From contig NW_024704743.1 of assembly GCF_018977255.1 (NCBI RefSeq), positions 31,064,001-31,128,000 on the forward strand: a DNA stretch of 64,000 bases, given 5' to 3'. Position 1 is the stretch's first letter. Each line of letters begins with the position of its first letter. Shown piece by piece: positions 24,799 to 38,100 of the stretch. The translations under genes and the position numbers were made by a program. This DNA comes from Callorhinchus milii. Taxonomy: Eukaryota. The notes below the pieces were generated by a model. That model did no database searches and was not told the DNA's origin. It was given only the letters and a program-made list of their open reading frames with translations.

Positions 24799-27700
24799 CT
24801 TTAAAAGCTTCTCGTCTGTCGCTCTTTGTGGCAACATCAGGCCAGAACAGATGGAATTCTCCTGAACTGTTTTATCCTCATTGGTTCCCAGACCCATCTC
24901 CGGCTCCCAGCCCTGCTGCACAGTCTTGGTCCCCTATCTATTCTACAGCACATTCCTCAGCAACCTTTTGAAAATCCAATCTGCCCGGTCCCAATCCCAC
25001 GGTCCAACATAAAGATCATCAAGACCAGCATCTTTATTTGTGCTTTTATTGTTCACGTCACTTCTTTTGTGCTCAAGTGGCCACCAAATAACACAAAGAA
25101 AATTAAACAAACATTATTTTGAACATTAAACTAAGGATTCCATTCTCCAGTCACCACCCTTTTGGCATAGAATGAGACTCTGAAGTGTTGATGCCGATAG
25201 TTGGTTGCCTCCGCCTCTTTAGTTTTGCATTTACACTTCACAAGTTAGGTTGAGCAGGAGCTTCCAGTGTAATAAACCCCAGCTTGGGGGTCCGGCAAAA
25301 TCTATGTATAGCAAAATAAACTCTTTTTTTTGATACACTAAAAAGGTGAATAAATTTAAAATAATTAGTAAAATAATATTATAATAAGACAATAAAATAA
25401 TTAAAAAATTAGGGATAAAAAATTATCCCTCTCCCAGATAACCAAAAATGGTGAATATGTATTAATTTAAAGCATCTGATCAGAATGGGATATTGCTAAT
25501 AAGTTGATTAAACCATTATTTCAGTGCTTCGTAGCAGTAAGAAAAGATGAATGAGGCACTAGATTGCAACCCAATGGAATAATGGTTTGATCAAACTCCT
25601 AGATCGCCTTTGAGTTACAAACTGCACCGTAGGTGCAATGGCCTAAACCCATGAGCGTAGCGTAAACTATGCATTGCAAAAATGATGGCTCACAAGCCCT
25701 CTTGCACAAATCCAAGGCACACCAGTTATTAGTTACTTAGCAGCAATTGATTTGGTGAAGAAGCAGACATAAGTATGAACAATCTTTCCATCAGTTTTTT
25801 TATTGTCAAAATCATTCATGGTTTACCAATCAATATGTGAAAGATATGAAATAAGGGAGAATCATTTTTAGGTTTTACTGAATCCCCAAGGTACTTCATT
25901 TTTTTGAAGTAATTCAGGCAAGTCAAAAATCATTTCTGTGACCTTCACTTTTTGACCACTGACCTTTTACAACTTAATCCACTTTCAGTGGTCACTGCAG
26001 TGCCATGTTTGTTAAAATCCATCGTACAGGTTTCAGTGCCAATGTTTCAGACGTGTGTGCATTCCAGACTGGATTAACCAAGTTTAAAATCCCTCTCTAC
26101 CATTTTTGACCTTTAATCTATGACCCCAGAAGTCTTCAAAGCAAACAGCAATAATATAGTATTTCTATTAATTGATAGATTGAAATCCATCACAGGATTA
26201 TCACATTCTCTACCCCTCACCTCTTAACCAAATTAAAGCAAAGCAACTTACTCTGAATGGGACGATCAGTTAAGCAGTGGAGTCAAAACAATGTGAGCAG
26301 GATGGCTATTTACAGGAAGATATTTAATATATTTGAATATTTAAATACACAGTATTGAAGCTACTGTCAATTTCAGGGCAGTGGTATCAATAAAAAATAA
26401 ATAGAAAAATTCTGTAACCTCTAGCCATTTTAAAACATGCTCATTAATCAAGATAACTCTCAAATCATTAGTAAAATTAAAGACAGAAATTTAAACCAAG
26501 TAGAATGCGAGTTTTCCTTTTTTTAAAAGATGTTTTCATAGAGAGATATAAAAGCCCTGTCAAAGGAATAATTAGTTTTGAGTAAATTCTATTGATCTGT
26601 TTACAGTGAATGAAAAAAGATTGATGGAGGGAAATATAAATCATCTAGGAATATCTGATAACATTAAACTTTAGAAGTGTAATGAGGGAAAGTAGAAGAC
26701 TTGAAATAATTCTGAAGCCTGTTGACATTTCTAGCAATAGTCCGCCACCTAAACCAACCTTTCTACAATATTGGGCTTTCAAGTCTGATCAAGTAAGCTT
26801 GACTGAGCAAAGTGTCTGGGTAAAGTTTAACATGCTCCCTCAGTTATTAACAGTTGCTTCAGACATGGAGCTAAATAATAAATGCTGCACATGACTGGAC
26901 CGAACAGCCAGGGGACTGATAACCTCCAGTATCTGACAGAGAAAACAATCCAAAGTTTTCTCTCAACTGGATGGAGGATACAAAAGTGCAGGGGAAAGAA
27001 ACTGCACCACTCTCTGAATTTGTAAGCTCGTCTTCAGCTGACCGTAGCTCATAGATGAACTGGCTGAACTCGTTGACCTGCCTCCTCCTGCCCTGGCAGC
27101 TGCTTTATTTTATTGAGGGGGGTGCGTGTCAGGTACCGAGTCAAGTTCTGACAAAGTAAAGCAGTCCCGCCAGTACAAGTAGAATTACCGCTCAAAGTTT
27201 TTACATAACTGAGAACAATTGCACCTCACAGGGTTTCTGGCAAATGACCAATCACTGTTCAGTTGGATCGTTGGGCTCCACCAGCTGCTGCTAAAAATGA
27301 ACTTTGTGACTGGGCAGAAAATCTGGATCCCAGCCACGCAAACATCTGACAAAACAAACTATTTATTGCTCAAAACTGCAGAAGCAACCAATATGCTTTC
27401 AAAATATACATTTACACAGCACTATCTGTATTCCTTTATATTTTGAACTTCAGTCAAGCTTCTTTTGAATCTCAGATAAGTTCAAAGCAGTGTTAGCCAT
27501 TAAAACAGCTGGACTTTTGCAGGTCGATCAACCCCTTTCTTTCCCACATTAACAAGAGAAGCCTGTTATCAGTGACAAAAATAGTCCATTCTGGGATTAT
27601 CATGTGGTTTCTTAATTGTTGTGCATTCTTTTAAAGAAACCCCAAATCATTAAAAAGGAAACTTTAAATTTGTAAAAATAACAAAAACCAAGAGATGCAC

Positions 27701-29394
27701 GGAGGAAAAATTCCACCTGGGCCCAGAGTTACTCTATTGATGAAACATTTAGAGCACCCAGATTTTGATAAATTCTTAAATACTACTTTAACTTGGAAGC
27801 CGGTTTTCCATAAATTCTTTTAAGAACTAAGAAAACTAACTACACCGTTGAGACTGTGTTTACAACTGAGCCAAATTCTGGATAGTCTTAAATGGTATAG
27901 TGACTTCACTTTGAAGTATATCCTGTGAAGTGTTTGGGACGTCCTCCCAACGTGAAAGGCACTGTACCAAATGTAAGGATTATTATCATCATTATTAGAA
28001 TAAACAGAGTAACTAGATATTGTTGGAATTCTTCCTCAGCAATTTTGCCTCACATTTAAAAGATCAGAAATGTTGCATATGCACCGCTCAACTGAAAGAA
28101 TAAATACAAGGGAGAAATAATTGGAAAATGTTCGTCTTATTGGGACAGTCAAGAAGCTGGGACTGGGTGGGAATCAGGGAATTAGCAAGTGGGACAAGAA
28201 GAGGCAAACCTGTGATGAGGAAGGACAGAAATGAGCCAAACTTTAAGCATCAAAGTTTAGCATACAAATGAAAATGGTACTTTTGCAGGAAAGAAATGCA
28301 ATTTGGTTAACAAATGTGCTTAGTCATTTTATAATCCTGTTGCAAAAGCCACATGACTCAAAGGTAATCACTTCAGAAGGGTGCACCAAAACTACCTGCT
28401 TTCCCGCTCTACTGACAGACTGACCGAGTTTAACCTCAGTCATTCTGTCAACATGTACTGCGCTGCCTGCCAAGAAATGGCACAATACTCTCGTTAAACA
28501 GAAATGACAGTTTCAGTTGCCAAGCAACAAACAAAACAGAATATTCAAAATTACCCAGAGAAGCTGAAACAAGCATTTCTTAGCCATGAATATTTTCTTG
28601 CAATCGGCTCTGTTAATATTGTCGGTAAAATTGAGCGTGCTGTTCTCTTCACTTCAGCCGTTCTGGAGGCAACAGGAGCCATTCAGATAAACAGGAGTTC
28701 AAATAAACAAAGGTTGCCACGCACCGCAGTTAAAGAGCACGTTCTGGTAAGATGGGATTGTTAAACATGTGGAATAAACACACTCCGTTACACTTACAAA
28801 AATAACAAATAGTCAACGAGTTCTCTCCTTGACTCCAGGGTAGGGTTGCTATTTTGGAATAGAGTCAAGAGGCGGAATCTTACCCGAACCCACTACCCTT
28901 ACAGGAAGTTGTGGAGGGGCAGTTGTAATAAGCTTACTGCTTCACCTATCTTCGTTCCTAACTGAGTTGAGATCTAGCAGGGCATCATTTCAACATTTTA
29001 GATGCCATATTAAATGCAAGGATTATTTCAGTCCCAATTATGTAACACGGCTCTTACAAATGTTTACATCATAATAATCCTTGCATTTGATATTGTGCCT
29101 TATCATATCATCAAAAGGTCTCAAAAACACAGGATTTTACTGTAAAGTGAAATGACTGTGAATTGCTTACATCTCTCCAATCTGAAAAGCATCCATTTAC
29201 CCCACTCTCTAATTTCTATTCTTTAGACAACTTTTTAATCCATGTTGCCAAATTTCTATTAACTAAATTTAACATGCTTCTTATGCAACAACTTGTCAAT
29301 TGTGTTTTGAAAATGCATATACACAACACCTAATGTTTTTCCTTTGTCAATAAGCTCATGATTTTTCCTCAAAGAACTATTATGCATTCTGGAA

Positions 29395-29745
29395 GGTTCC
29401 ATCATCAACAAGCTCCAGTTCATTCAAAGCTCTGCTCCTGCATCCACACCTGCACCAAACATCATATGCCCATCGGCCCAGTCCTCGCCAGGCTCCACTG
29501 TTTCCCCGCCTCCCACTGAACCAAGTTAGAGGTCCTCACTCTCACCTATGAATCCCATCATGTCCTAGCACCTCCCTTTCTCTGTGTTCTTCTCCTACCC
29601 AACTCTTCAGCTTGCCACCCTCACAACTCGACAAACTCAGAACTGGAGCATGTCTCCTCCCTTGTTTGGCATCTGACACCATCCATGTGAAGCACTTCAA
29701 AATAGTATCCTGTGTGAAGGGCATTATATAAATGCAAGTTGTCAT
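29395..29745 (+). mobile_element. Old L2 3' fragment
   Basis: aagctccagttcattcaaagctctgct...ctcgccaggctccactg, with tail gggcattatataaatgcaagttg. Confidence 0.7.
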
Positions 29746-29774
29746 ATTACATTTGTCAGCAAGTTTTGTTTTAC

Positions 29775-31335
29775 AAATCCATGCTACTTGTCATGGAAAT
29801 TCCCATGTTTGGGATAGAATGTCTCATCTCTCCCCAGAGAGACACACTCTGCTTATGTAAATCTGAAGAGTATTAGGCAAACGGCGGCACGTACCAAGGC
29901 TTGAGGACCTCAGCTTGTGCATTGGTATACTGCTGGAGTGCAACCAGCAACCAGTGTCCAACTTTTTCCTGGACACTGTCCTGAGGACTGAACAGAGAAG
30001 AGAGATTAAGGGCATTCTGGTCATGCTTGTCTCTCTTCAAGGACAGCAAAGTCCCAATGCAGGTCAAGCTTGTGGCATACACGACCAAGTGTACAAATAG
30101 TTCTCTTTTATGGAGCAGAGGTGCTTTCCTTCAGCTAATTTGAAAAATCCAGGTTCAAGCAGCGAGGTTGATTTGTGGCAAACACGGGAAGCGGCGGCAA
30201 GGAGCGAGGGCTCTGGCCTACGCTGACCTGTTGCTAGGCACCCTAGAGGCGGAGGCGGCTACATAGTAGGCACGTCCATTTGCCAAGGCCCCTCCGTTGA
30301 GGACCTGGATTCAGCAGCTGGTGCTGAGTATGTGGCTTTGGACTTGGATCTCAAGAACATCAAGGCAGCTGGCACGTCGCAAGCTGTCCTGCAAAGCTCC
30401 TCCCACCACACTAAAGGCAGATAGCTGATAAGAATCTCTGAGGCTTGGGGTGACAGCTGCTAGAAGGCGTTACCTGGAGTCCGATTTCATGAACATGTGT
30501 TTGTACATTCAGTGCTTGGAATCCACCTTGATTGGTTTGCAGAGGTAAGCAGCTGCTGCTTAAGCTCCACACCTCCAACTGATAGAACTGTCACTCAATG
30601 GAAAGGGATGCTTATCCCTGTCCGACCTGCGGACACACATTTCAAGCCGAGCTGGGTTGCCCACCAGAAAGTTCACATGGAGTCCTGGTACCTGCCATCT
30701 ACTAGTGAGGGCTCAAACACGCACATGTCAAATGACTATTGACTATCCTCCTTGGGTAAGCAGGGTCTTCTTGGAGCTGAACTGGCACCAAGGTGACCTG
30801 TTTGGCAACAAAATGTCAGAATTGAGCAAAGCCTCTGCGGCGCTCTATATTCCAGTTCCTGAGCCAGGCGAGTCTGTAGTTCTCGAGGCCTCTCAGGCTG
30901 GCTCTTCGGCAGGACTTGGAAGGGCAGACCAGTCATGGGGGGCAGCGAATCATCCCAGTCAGCTCCTGTTAATCCTGTAATCTAAAGCTCTAGGTGGTAG
31001 GGTAATCCTAGCTGGACAAGCAGCAGGAAAACTTGCCAGGTGGTGATCTCAATGGCAAACTACGTGTTTTTAGCTGATTGGACTCCAGCAGTATGCGAAC
31101 GCACACTCTGGGGTCCCCAAGCCTTGGCTCTTGCCAACCTGTGACTAGTACTTTCCGGAATTAGGTAAGCAGGATGCATCCCTCCAGGGAGAGAGTGTGC
31201 ATTCCATTCCAACAATCTATCTTAGGGATTTCCACGTGTAGGTGGGAATGCATGAAACTCTGCTTGGTCTGGATACTCTTAAGAATGGCGATGGGTTTCC
31301 ATATGTGTCAGACACCCGGCTTACCAAAACAAAAT
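29775..31335 (+). mobile_element. Decayed RTE-like non-LTR retroelement, 3' part, with ~1.5-kb imperfect fold-back and A-rich tail
   Basis: Frameshifted plus-strand motifs in canonical order: VSNFFLDTVL (29954-29983), AFWSCLSLFKDSKVPMQVKLVAYTTK (30012-30089), LFYGAE (30103-30120), RRRRLHSRHV (30247-30276), YPCPTCGHTFQAELG/AHQKVH (30613-30676). Arms are reverse-complementary about ~30510. Ends cacccggcttaccaaaacaaaa. Confidence 0.75.
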
Positions 31336-31387
31336 TAGGTAATATTTCTGAAGTGTTGCCACCCATGATAAAAATCAAATGACTAAT

Positions 31388-32020
31388 ATAACATGTAGGA
31401 GCAGGAGTAGGCCATTCAGCCCTTCGAGCCTGCCCCGCCATTCAATCATGGCTGATCTTCTAATCTAACTCCAGCTAATAACCTATCCCTGCCTTATCCC
31501 CATATCCCTTAATCCCTTTTGCAATAAGAAATCTATCTCAGTCCTGAATATGTTCAAGGACTGAGCGTCAACAGCCCTTTGAGGTAGTGAGTTCCATACA
31601 TTCACTACCTTTTGAGTGAAGAAGTTCTTCCTCAACTCAGTGCAAAAGGGCTGGCCTCTAATTTTAAGGTTGTGACCCCTGGTTTTAGTTTCTCCAACCA
31701 CGGGAAACAATCTCCCACTATCTACTCTATCATGCCCTTTGATGATCTTATAGGTTTCTATAAGATCCCTTCTAATTCTTCTATATTCTAGAGAATATAG
31801 GCCCAATTTGTTCAGCCTATCCTCGTAACTCATTCCCTTCATCCCTGGTACTAACCTAGTAAATCTACGCTGCACCTCCTCCAAGGCAAGTACATCCTTC
31901 TTTAAATAAGGAGACCAAAACTGCACACAGTATTCCAGGTGCGGTCTCACCAGGGCCCTATACAGTTGCAGCAAGACTTCCCTACCCTTATACTCTAATC
32001 CTTTCATAATGAATGCTAAT
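31388..32020 (-). mobile_element. CR1 LINE 3' end, young
   Basis: Open frame LYRALVRPHLEYCVQFWSP...LEEVQRRFTRLVPG...TRGHNLK...VWNSLP, plus 3' UTR ggctgaatggcctactcctgctcct. Confidence 0.95.
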
Positions 32021-32714
32021 GCAAATCTGACTAACTTCAGATTTGTTCACACACACACATGCGAACATTTTATCACAAAACACTGAATTCACTTTCGTAT
32101 GGACCTATCTGTCAGTTGCATGGAAATAAAAAACAATATCCTATGAAGCAAGCCACACCTAAAAACCATTCAAGTGCAGTATAATCATTTTATCTGTAGC
32201 TGTTTTTTTAAAAAAGTAGCAATTATAACATTGAAAAGGATACCTTTTGATGGATGAATTTAACAGAAAGAAGAAACACATGAATCATGGAAATGTTTTC
32301 AGGTGATTATGAATCATTTGAAAAAGAAGTCTTTGTGACTCAAAGCATGCATTATTTAACTCAGACCAATGAAATGATATCCTCGTGCAAGCTCTTATTT
32401 GCAGTTCTCTTTATGTGCTCTGTAGGTTTCAGTTATGAAATGCTGGTGTAGGTGTGTGTTACATGCATGAGAGACATTACACAACTCTAGCTCCAAATAA
32501 AAACACAAGTAGAGTGTCACATGAAGCTGCGGAATACATTTTCCTAGGTCATCACAGAAAGCTAACATGAAAACTCAGTAATGTTCAATAAAAATCTCGG
32601 CTGAATAGACACAGACAGGTGGCACCTTGAAACCTCACTCCAGTAGAGAAAAAACTTCAACATTTCACTACATTTTTGAGGGAAGCTTTTGTAGCACCCC
32701 ATAAGTGATACTGC

Positions 32715-32930
32715 TACTAATAATCCTTGCATCTGATATAATAATAATCTGTGCATTTGATATAGTGCCTTATCACGTCTTCAAGACGTCTCAACCCGCT
32801 TCACAGAATATACTGTAAAGTGAATTGACTGTATATTTTGTGGGCGAAACAATTGTGTGGGTGAAACAAGCCAATTGTGCACAGCAGTGTCCCACAAACA
32901 GTCAAGGATTGAGTGACCAATTTATTATTA
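32715..32930 (-). mobile_element. Same SINE family, 3' half with duplicated tail
   Basis: Two taataat...tgcat(c/t)tgatata starts, followed by the SINE body. Confidence 0.85.
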
Positions 32931-33569
32931 TTGGTCTGTCCCATATACACTATTCACATTTTACAGCACCATGATCTTAATGTTTAAAACATTAAAGCCA
33001 TGTGAACTGTGTTCTTGCAGGTTATAAGGGATATCCATTCAACTCACCCCTTTTACTTCACTATGCACTGTTCCACTGTACAACTGGAACATCTTGCACT
33101 TGTTTTGAATTATGTCATTACAGCAAAGCACACGTGGTTTCTGATAGTCGTCTCAGATAAAGACTTTTCTGTTTGTTGAAAAGAATGTGTTTGACTTAGT
33201 GAAGTTACAAGAAATATAAGCGCAAGAATGAAGAAGAACACACGTACTTACTAAGTTTGTCAGAATCCCCAACAAGGTTTTAGGTTACTGAGATGACATA
33301 TTATTGTTTGCAAAGGCATAACTGGATTCACAGCTGGTTGCGGCTTATGAAACAAACAGAAGAATCTGAGAATATCGTGCACTGTTACCAAATATGCTGA
33401 AAATCAAATAAAGTTTTAAGCTAATGTAGACATTTTTAACGTAATTGGAAACCATAGCAAAATAAAACGAGGGGAATGTTCTAGAGCAGATGCTTTCTAC
33501 ATGTAGAGGTTATGTTAGGTTAGAATGAGCATTATTTGTTTAGATGGCAAGCCACTGTTCGCAGCACCA

Positions 33570-33920
33570 TACACTTAGAACCACAGAAATCTACAGCAAA
33601 GAAGAAAGCCGTTCGACCCACTGTTTCCTTGCTAGCTCTTTAGAAGAGCAATCTATTCAATCCTTTTTATCTGCATTTTCTCAATATCTCTGAACACTAC
33701 AATTTTGTTAGATATCTCTCCACTTCCCTCTTGAAAGTTCATCTGGATTCTGCCTCATCTATCGCAACCGGCAGTGCATTCCACATCCTAACTGTCTGTA
33801 TTAAAACCTATTCTTATAATCTCCCACTTTACTCCCTTACTAATTATCCTAAATTGATGCCTTCTCGTCACTGACTCACCGACTAGTGGAAATATTTTCT
33901 CCACTTCTATTTTCACCAGA
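33570..33920 (-). mobile_element. CR1 3' fragment
   Basis: ggcagtgcattccacatcctaac; IFPLVGESVTRRHQFRI; antisense 3' end aagccgttcgaccca. Confidence 0.75.
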
Positions 33921-34834
33921 AATTCAATACAGTGATGAGAGGGGGATCCACAATAAGTTAGGAAAAAAATCAATGAAAGAAGGGATTGTAAAATAGGGAA
34001 AAACATTTCCTTGGTAAAAGGGGTAGAGAGAGGAGCTGGATACCTTGTAGTAATTACACTTATTCAACAGCATAGGCAAAAGCCTGAAAACACATCTATT
34101 GCTCACCTTCTTGACCAGAGGTTGTATACAGTAACAGGTAATTATAGAGGGAAAGAGACTTAAATAAAGATCACCAATACCGAGATCGAAATTTACGGTT
34201 TCATTTCAACTGCAGCGATTCAATCATCTATCACAAACAACCTGTGCTTTGCTGTTGTGATTTATGACATCATTTAAAACCACCTGACTGGATTACTGGC
34301 TTGTAATTCACTTGAAATAATCCCAAATCTCTCTTTAACTGTACTTGATTTTGTTTTAAAGCTAGTTTGCCTGCAAAACACGCAGTCACTAAACCCTCCC
34401 GATGTTAAAGGAGGTACTTCAAGTACAATGATTATTATAATTTGGGCACGGTAGATCTGAGCCACACACTGTTGTGGAATGGCCTTCCAATAGGAAACTT
34501 TCAACTTTCCTTTTCAACTTGGATAACTTCACCTTCTAATACAAAATGCTCCATCCAACCTACAAGCCATGTAGTAAAACGCCTATGATGGAGGACGTTT
34601 TGGGAACAAGTGACTACTCAGCATTAGCTTCGAGCAACACAATAAACTTGGTTTTATCTTCACTGGTTTAGTTCCTCACCAGAAAGATGTTCATTTCAGT
34701 GAAATTTTCTACCTATTCTGAGAAGAATTTCTGCAATATACCAGCTTTGTGCCTCTTTCTTTAGCCTACCAAACAGCACATGGGTTACACATGCTAAGTA
34801 AGGATAGGAGAGAACTATTGAACTTTTGAAGAAT

Positions 34835-35146
34835 TAATAACAATAATAATAATCCTTGCATTTGACATAGCGCTTTTCACGTCGGGAGGATGTCCCAAAG
34901 CGCTTCACAGAACACACTGTAAAGTGAATTGACTGTATATTTGTGGGCAAACGCGGCAGCCAATTGCGCCCAGCAATGTCCCACAAACAGTCGTAGATTG
35001 AAAAATGACTAATTTTATTATTGTTTTTCTTGGAGGGATTATTATTAGGCGTGTGGAGTAAGGAAACTTGCCCAAGGTTTCGCCCTGCCTGGAATTAAAC
35101 TCAGGTCTCTCGCTTGCAAAGCGAGTGCTCTAACCACTGAGCTACA
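34835..35146 (-). mobile_element. Same SINE family, full length, young
   Basis: Antisense match to 9155-9465 and 47961-48270. Confidence 0.93.
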
Positions 35147-38100
35147 TGTTGGTTGTATTAAACAAATTGAATCTATCTAAAATGTATTCCAATTTTAGAG
35201 TAGAAACTTATTTATAAACCTTGCGTTTACTGAGCATCCAAAACTCTTCTGTAAAAGAGAAGAATAATTCTGGGTGGCCCTTACAAAAATGCACATCAAA
35301 GGAACACAATATCTTTGTGTGTGTTAATAGTTTCATTGCACATGAACTTCAGAAATAAATGTAGTCATGAGAAAATGCTAATACTGTAGACTGTAATGGC
35401 ACTGATGCATAATGCAAAGCACTTTGATCAGATAACCAGCCCATCAGGTAATTGTTGGAGATTGACCCCAGTTCCCTCACTTGCACTGAAGACCAAGACA
35501 ATTGACAGCTAAGAAATAGAATATCTCAATGAGATAAGCCATGTCTGGAAAGAATATACAAACTGCTGGAGTAATTGTATCGGTGCTCTTTATGTAAGTG
35601 GGCAATCGCCAGTGCACAAGGCATAACATCAAGTTCACAGATCATAAAACGCATCATTAAGCTGCAGCATAAACTTTGGTATTCATGGTATTATTGATAT
35701 TGCAAGACATCAAAGTGGTTTAAGAATCACCAGTTTTCAAAATGTTCAATTTAATATCACAAAAGTTGAAGACACCAAATGCATTATTATGTAAAATCCT
35801 CCCAGGTATTAATTATTTGCTAATTATTCATGGAATTGTGATTTTTATTTTCCCAGCCGCTATTTGAAGCTTCTTATGGAGGGAGGGTGTACATATTAAA
35901 AGTCTCCGTGATATAAGCAACTGACGACAACCATGAAGGGAAGAAATTTTTGACAGGATTATACAAGCTTTTGTTCTGAAGGTTTGGAAGGCATTTATGA
36001 TTTTAAATGATTTCTATTGGTTTAAAATCCCTTCTTTTCAAATTGGGTGCAAAATTTGTGATTTTTATTTTGAAATAATCTTGCATGATGCATGAGTGCC
36101 ATTACCTTCTAGAGTATTATTAATTTCTGTGTGAGTCCCCAGATAAGAACCATGATATCTTTTTTCATGCAATGTATCATGGGAATGCAGGATGCACGTG
36201 TTGATAAAAACTTCCTGTTCAGACTCACCCTTTTGCAAGGACTACATGACAGATTTGTATATGCCTGGGTTTGAACAGGAAATGTCTGTCCAAACGGCCA
36301 TCATGCATATCAAAATGCATTGCGTGAAAAACACAATAAAATACCACTCTAGGGAATCGAACTACACCCTTTTCAGGAAGATGAAGGAAGTGTGTACTGG
36401 TGAGCTCCACTAAAACAGAAGAATGGTTCTTCTTTGACAACAGGCATTTATGATTCTTCTATATTTTGGGAAACTGGGTGAATTGTTGTGTAATTTGGTC
36501 TTCAACCCACCTTAGATTTTATGCAGCTTTTGTTTGCTGTTTTACCATAGTTGGATGAGTTTCATTAGTTCTCAATCAGTCAGAGGAATGGAGTTCTGTG
36601 TAATACCAAGCAAATCTCTTGTGGGTGGGGGGGGAGAACAAGAGCCAGCGAAAGCCCAAACTGAATGGTAGCACAAGCAATACGCTTCCCATTGACTGAT
36701 CACAAAGTACAACCACAGCAATCCGTCAACACTAGCACCCACTGGGAAAAGGGGCTTGGTAACACTGAGCAAAGAAAATAACTAATTCTGTGTTAATGCA
36801 CACTATCCTTGGAAGTGCCAGCCCTATATTTGTTACGCCTTGATCATTCAAGACACAATGGTGATATGTTTGTTACCCCCCTTCACCATTTTACATTTTT
36901 CAAGCTATCATAATCAATCATCGGTACATATCCTCCTTCTGGTGACAAGACAAGTATGTAGGCCATGAACTCCTTTATAGTCTCTGACACCAATGCTGCT
37001 CTGCAGTTTAAGGAGGGCATGTGATTAGTGAGAAGAAAGATGGACAATGTCAGTTTCCCCAACGGCAAGAGATCTTGGATAGAGAAGCAGCTGAGAAATG
37101 ACAAATGCCATCATTCATGAAGTTAGTAGATCTGACTGACTGTCAGCTATCAGTAGAAGTAAAACACATAACTATGCTGTCATAAAACAAATGGTTCAAA
37201 TGGCAAGGCCACTACATGATACGTTATTCGTTTAAGCACTACTCTGTCACGTAAAATTTAGTTTGTCTTTGAAGTTTTGTCCTTTACAAGTGCAGCAGAA
37301 CACTTTTATTGCGCAGCGCAGTCTGCCAGCCAACCAGAAAGTGGCAATTACTGGGCTTTATTCCAGTGTGATGTAGTATTCCTCAGAGAAACATTGAATA
37401 ATAACCAGTTTCTGATAAAGTTACTGTGAAAGTCACTCACTTTCAATAGTGACTGATACTATGTGTTTTGAAGATTATAGCTCTACCTATTAAAGAATTA
37501 GTCCTAAATCCAAATTAATCTGAATTGGCCGCAATTTAGATCCTCTGCTCTTTTGAATAAAATGACAAGACACACAAAAGGATATTTTCAATACCTCGTG
37601 TTTTTCTGCAATTCAAATCTGTCCGAAGGGCATGCTACTGCATATTCACAGCTTGTCTGATGAGTTTTACTCCTCCCCTTGGGGTTCAGCAGATGTTTTT
37701 AAAGAAAACATAGCCAATAAAACAATAGATTTTCAGCTTCATGGTGAATGTGCATCTCCCATCCAAATGGAGAGGGGATTGTAAATACTCAGAAACACAA
37801 ACATTTTTCACGTACAAAAGAGGCCATACAGCCACTGCTAGCTGTTTTCCTGTCACCCTTTTTATTGATCTAATTTTCAAGCTTTTTCCCCATATCCCTA
37901 CCAGACAGAAATGGGAGACACTATTACACTGCTTGACTATACAGTGTTAACATTCTAATCTTTACATGTTGTGCCTCTCTGAATCCAATTCTAATTTAGG
38001 ACAAATTTACCAACTTTAGATAAAATAACAGAAATTCTACTCACAAAACAAAAATATTTGCAACTTAAGCGATCCCACAGCCTAAAGTTCTTACCTGTAA

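Noticed and set aside
29990..30025. EIKGIL in the rod-like element recalls the delta antigen motif PWLGNIKGIL
   Set aside because: PWLGN and the basic coiled coil are absent. The segment is better explained as a frameshift into the RTE-like AFWS motif.
29775..31260. Interpretation as a DNA transposon with long terminal inverted repeats
   Set aside because: Complementarity runs to the centre, copies share an A-tailed 3' end with 5' truncation, and RT-like rather than transposase motifs are present.
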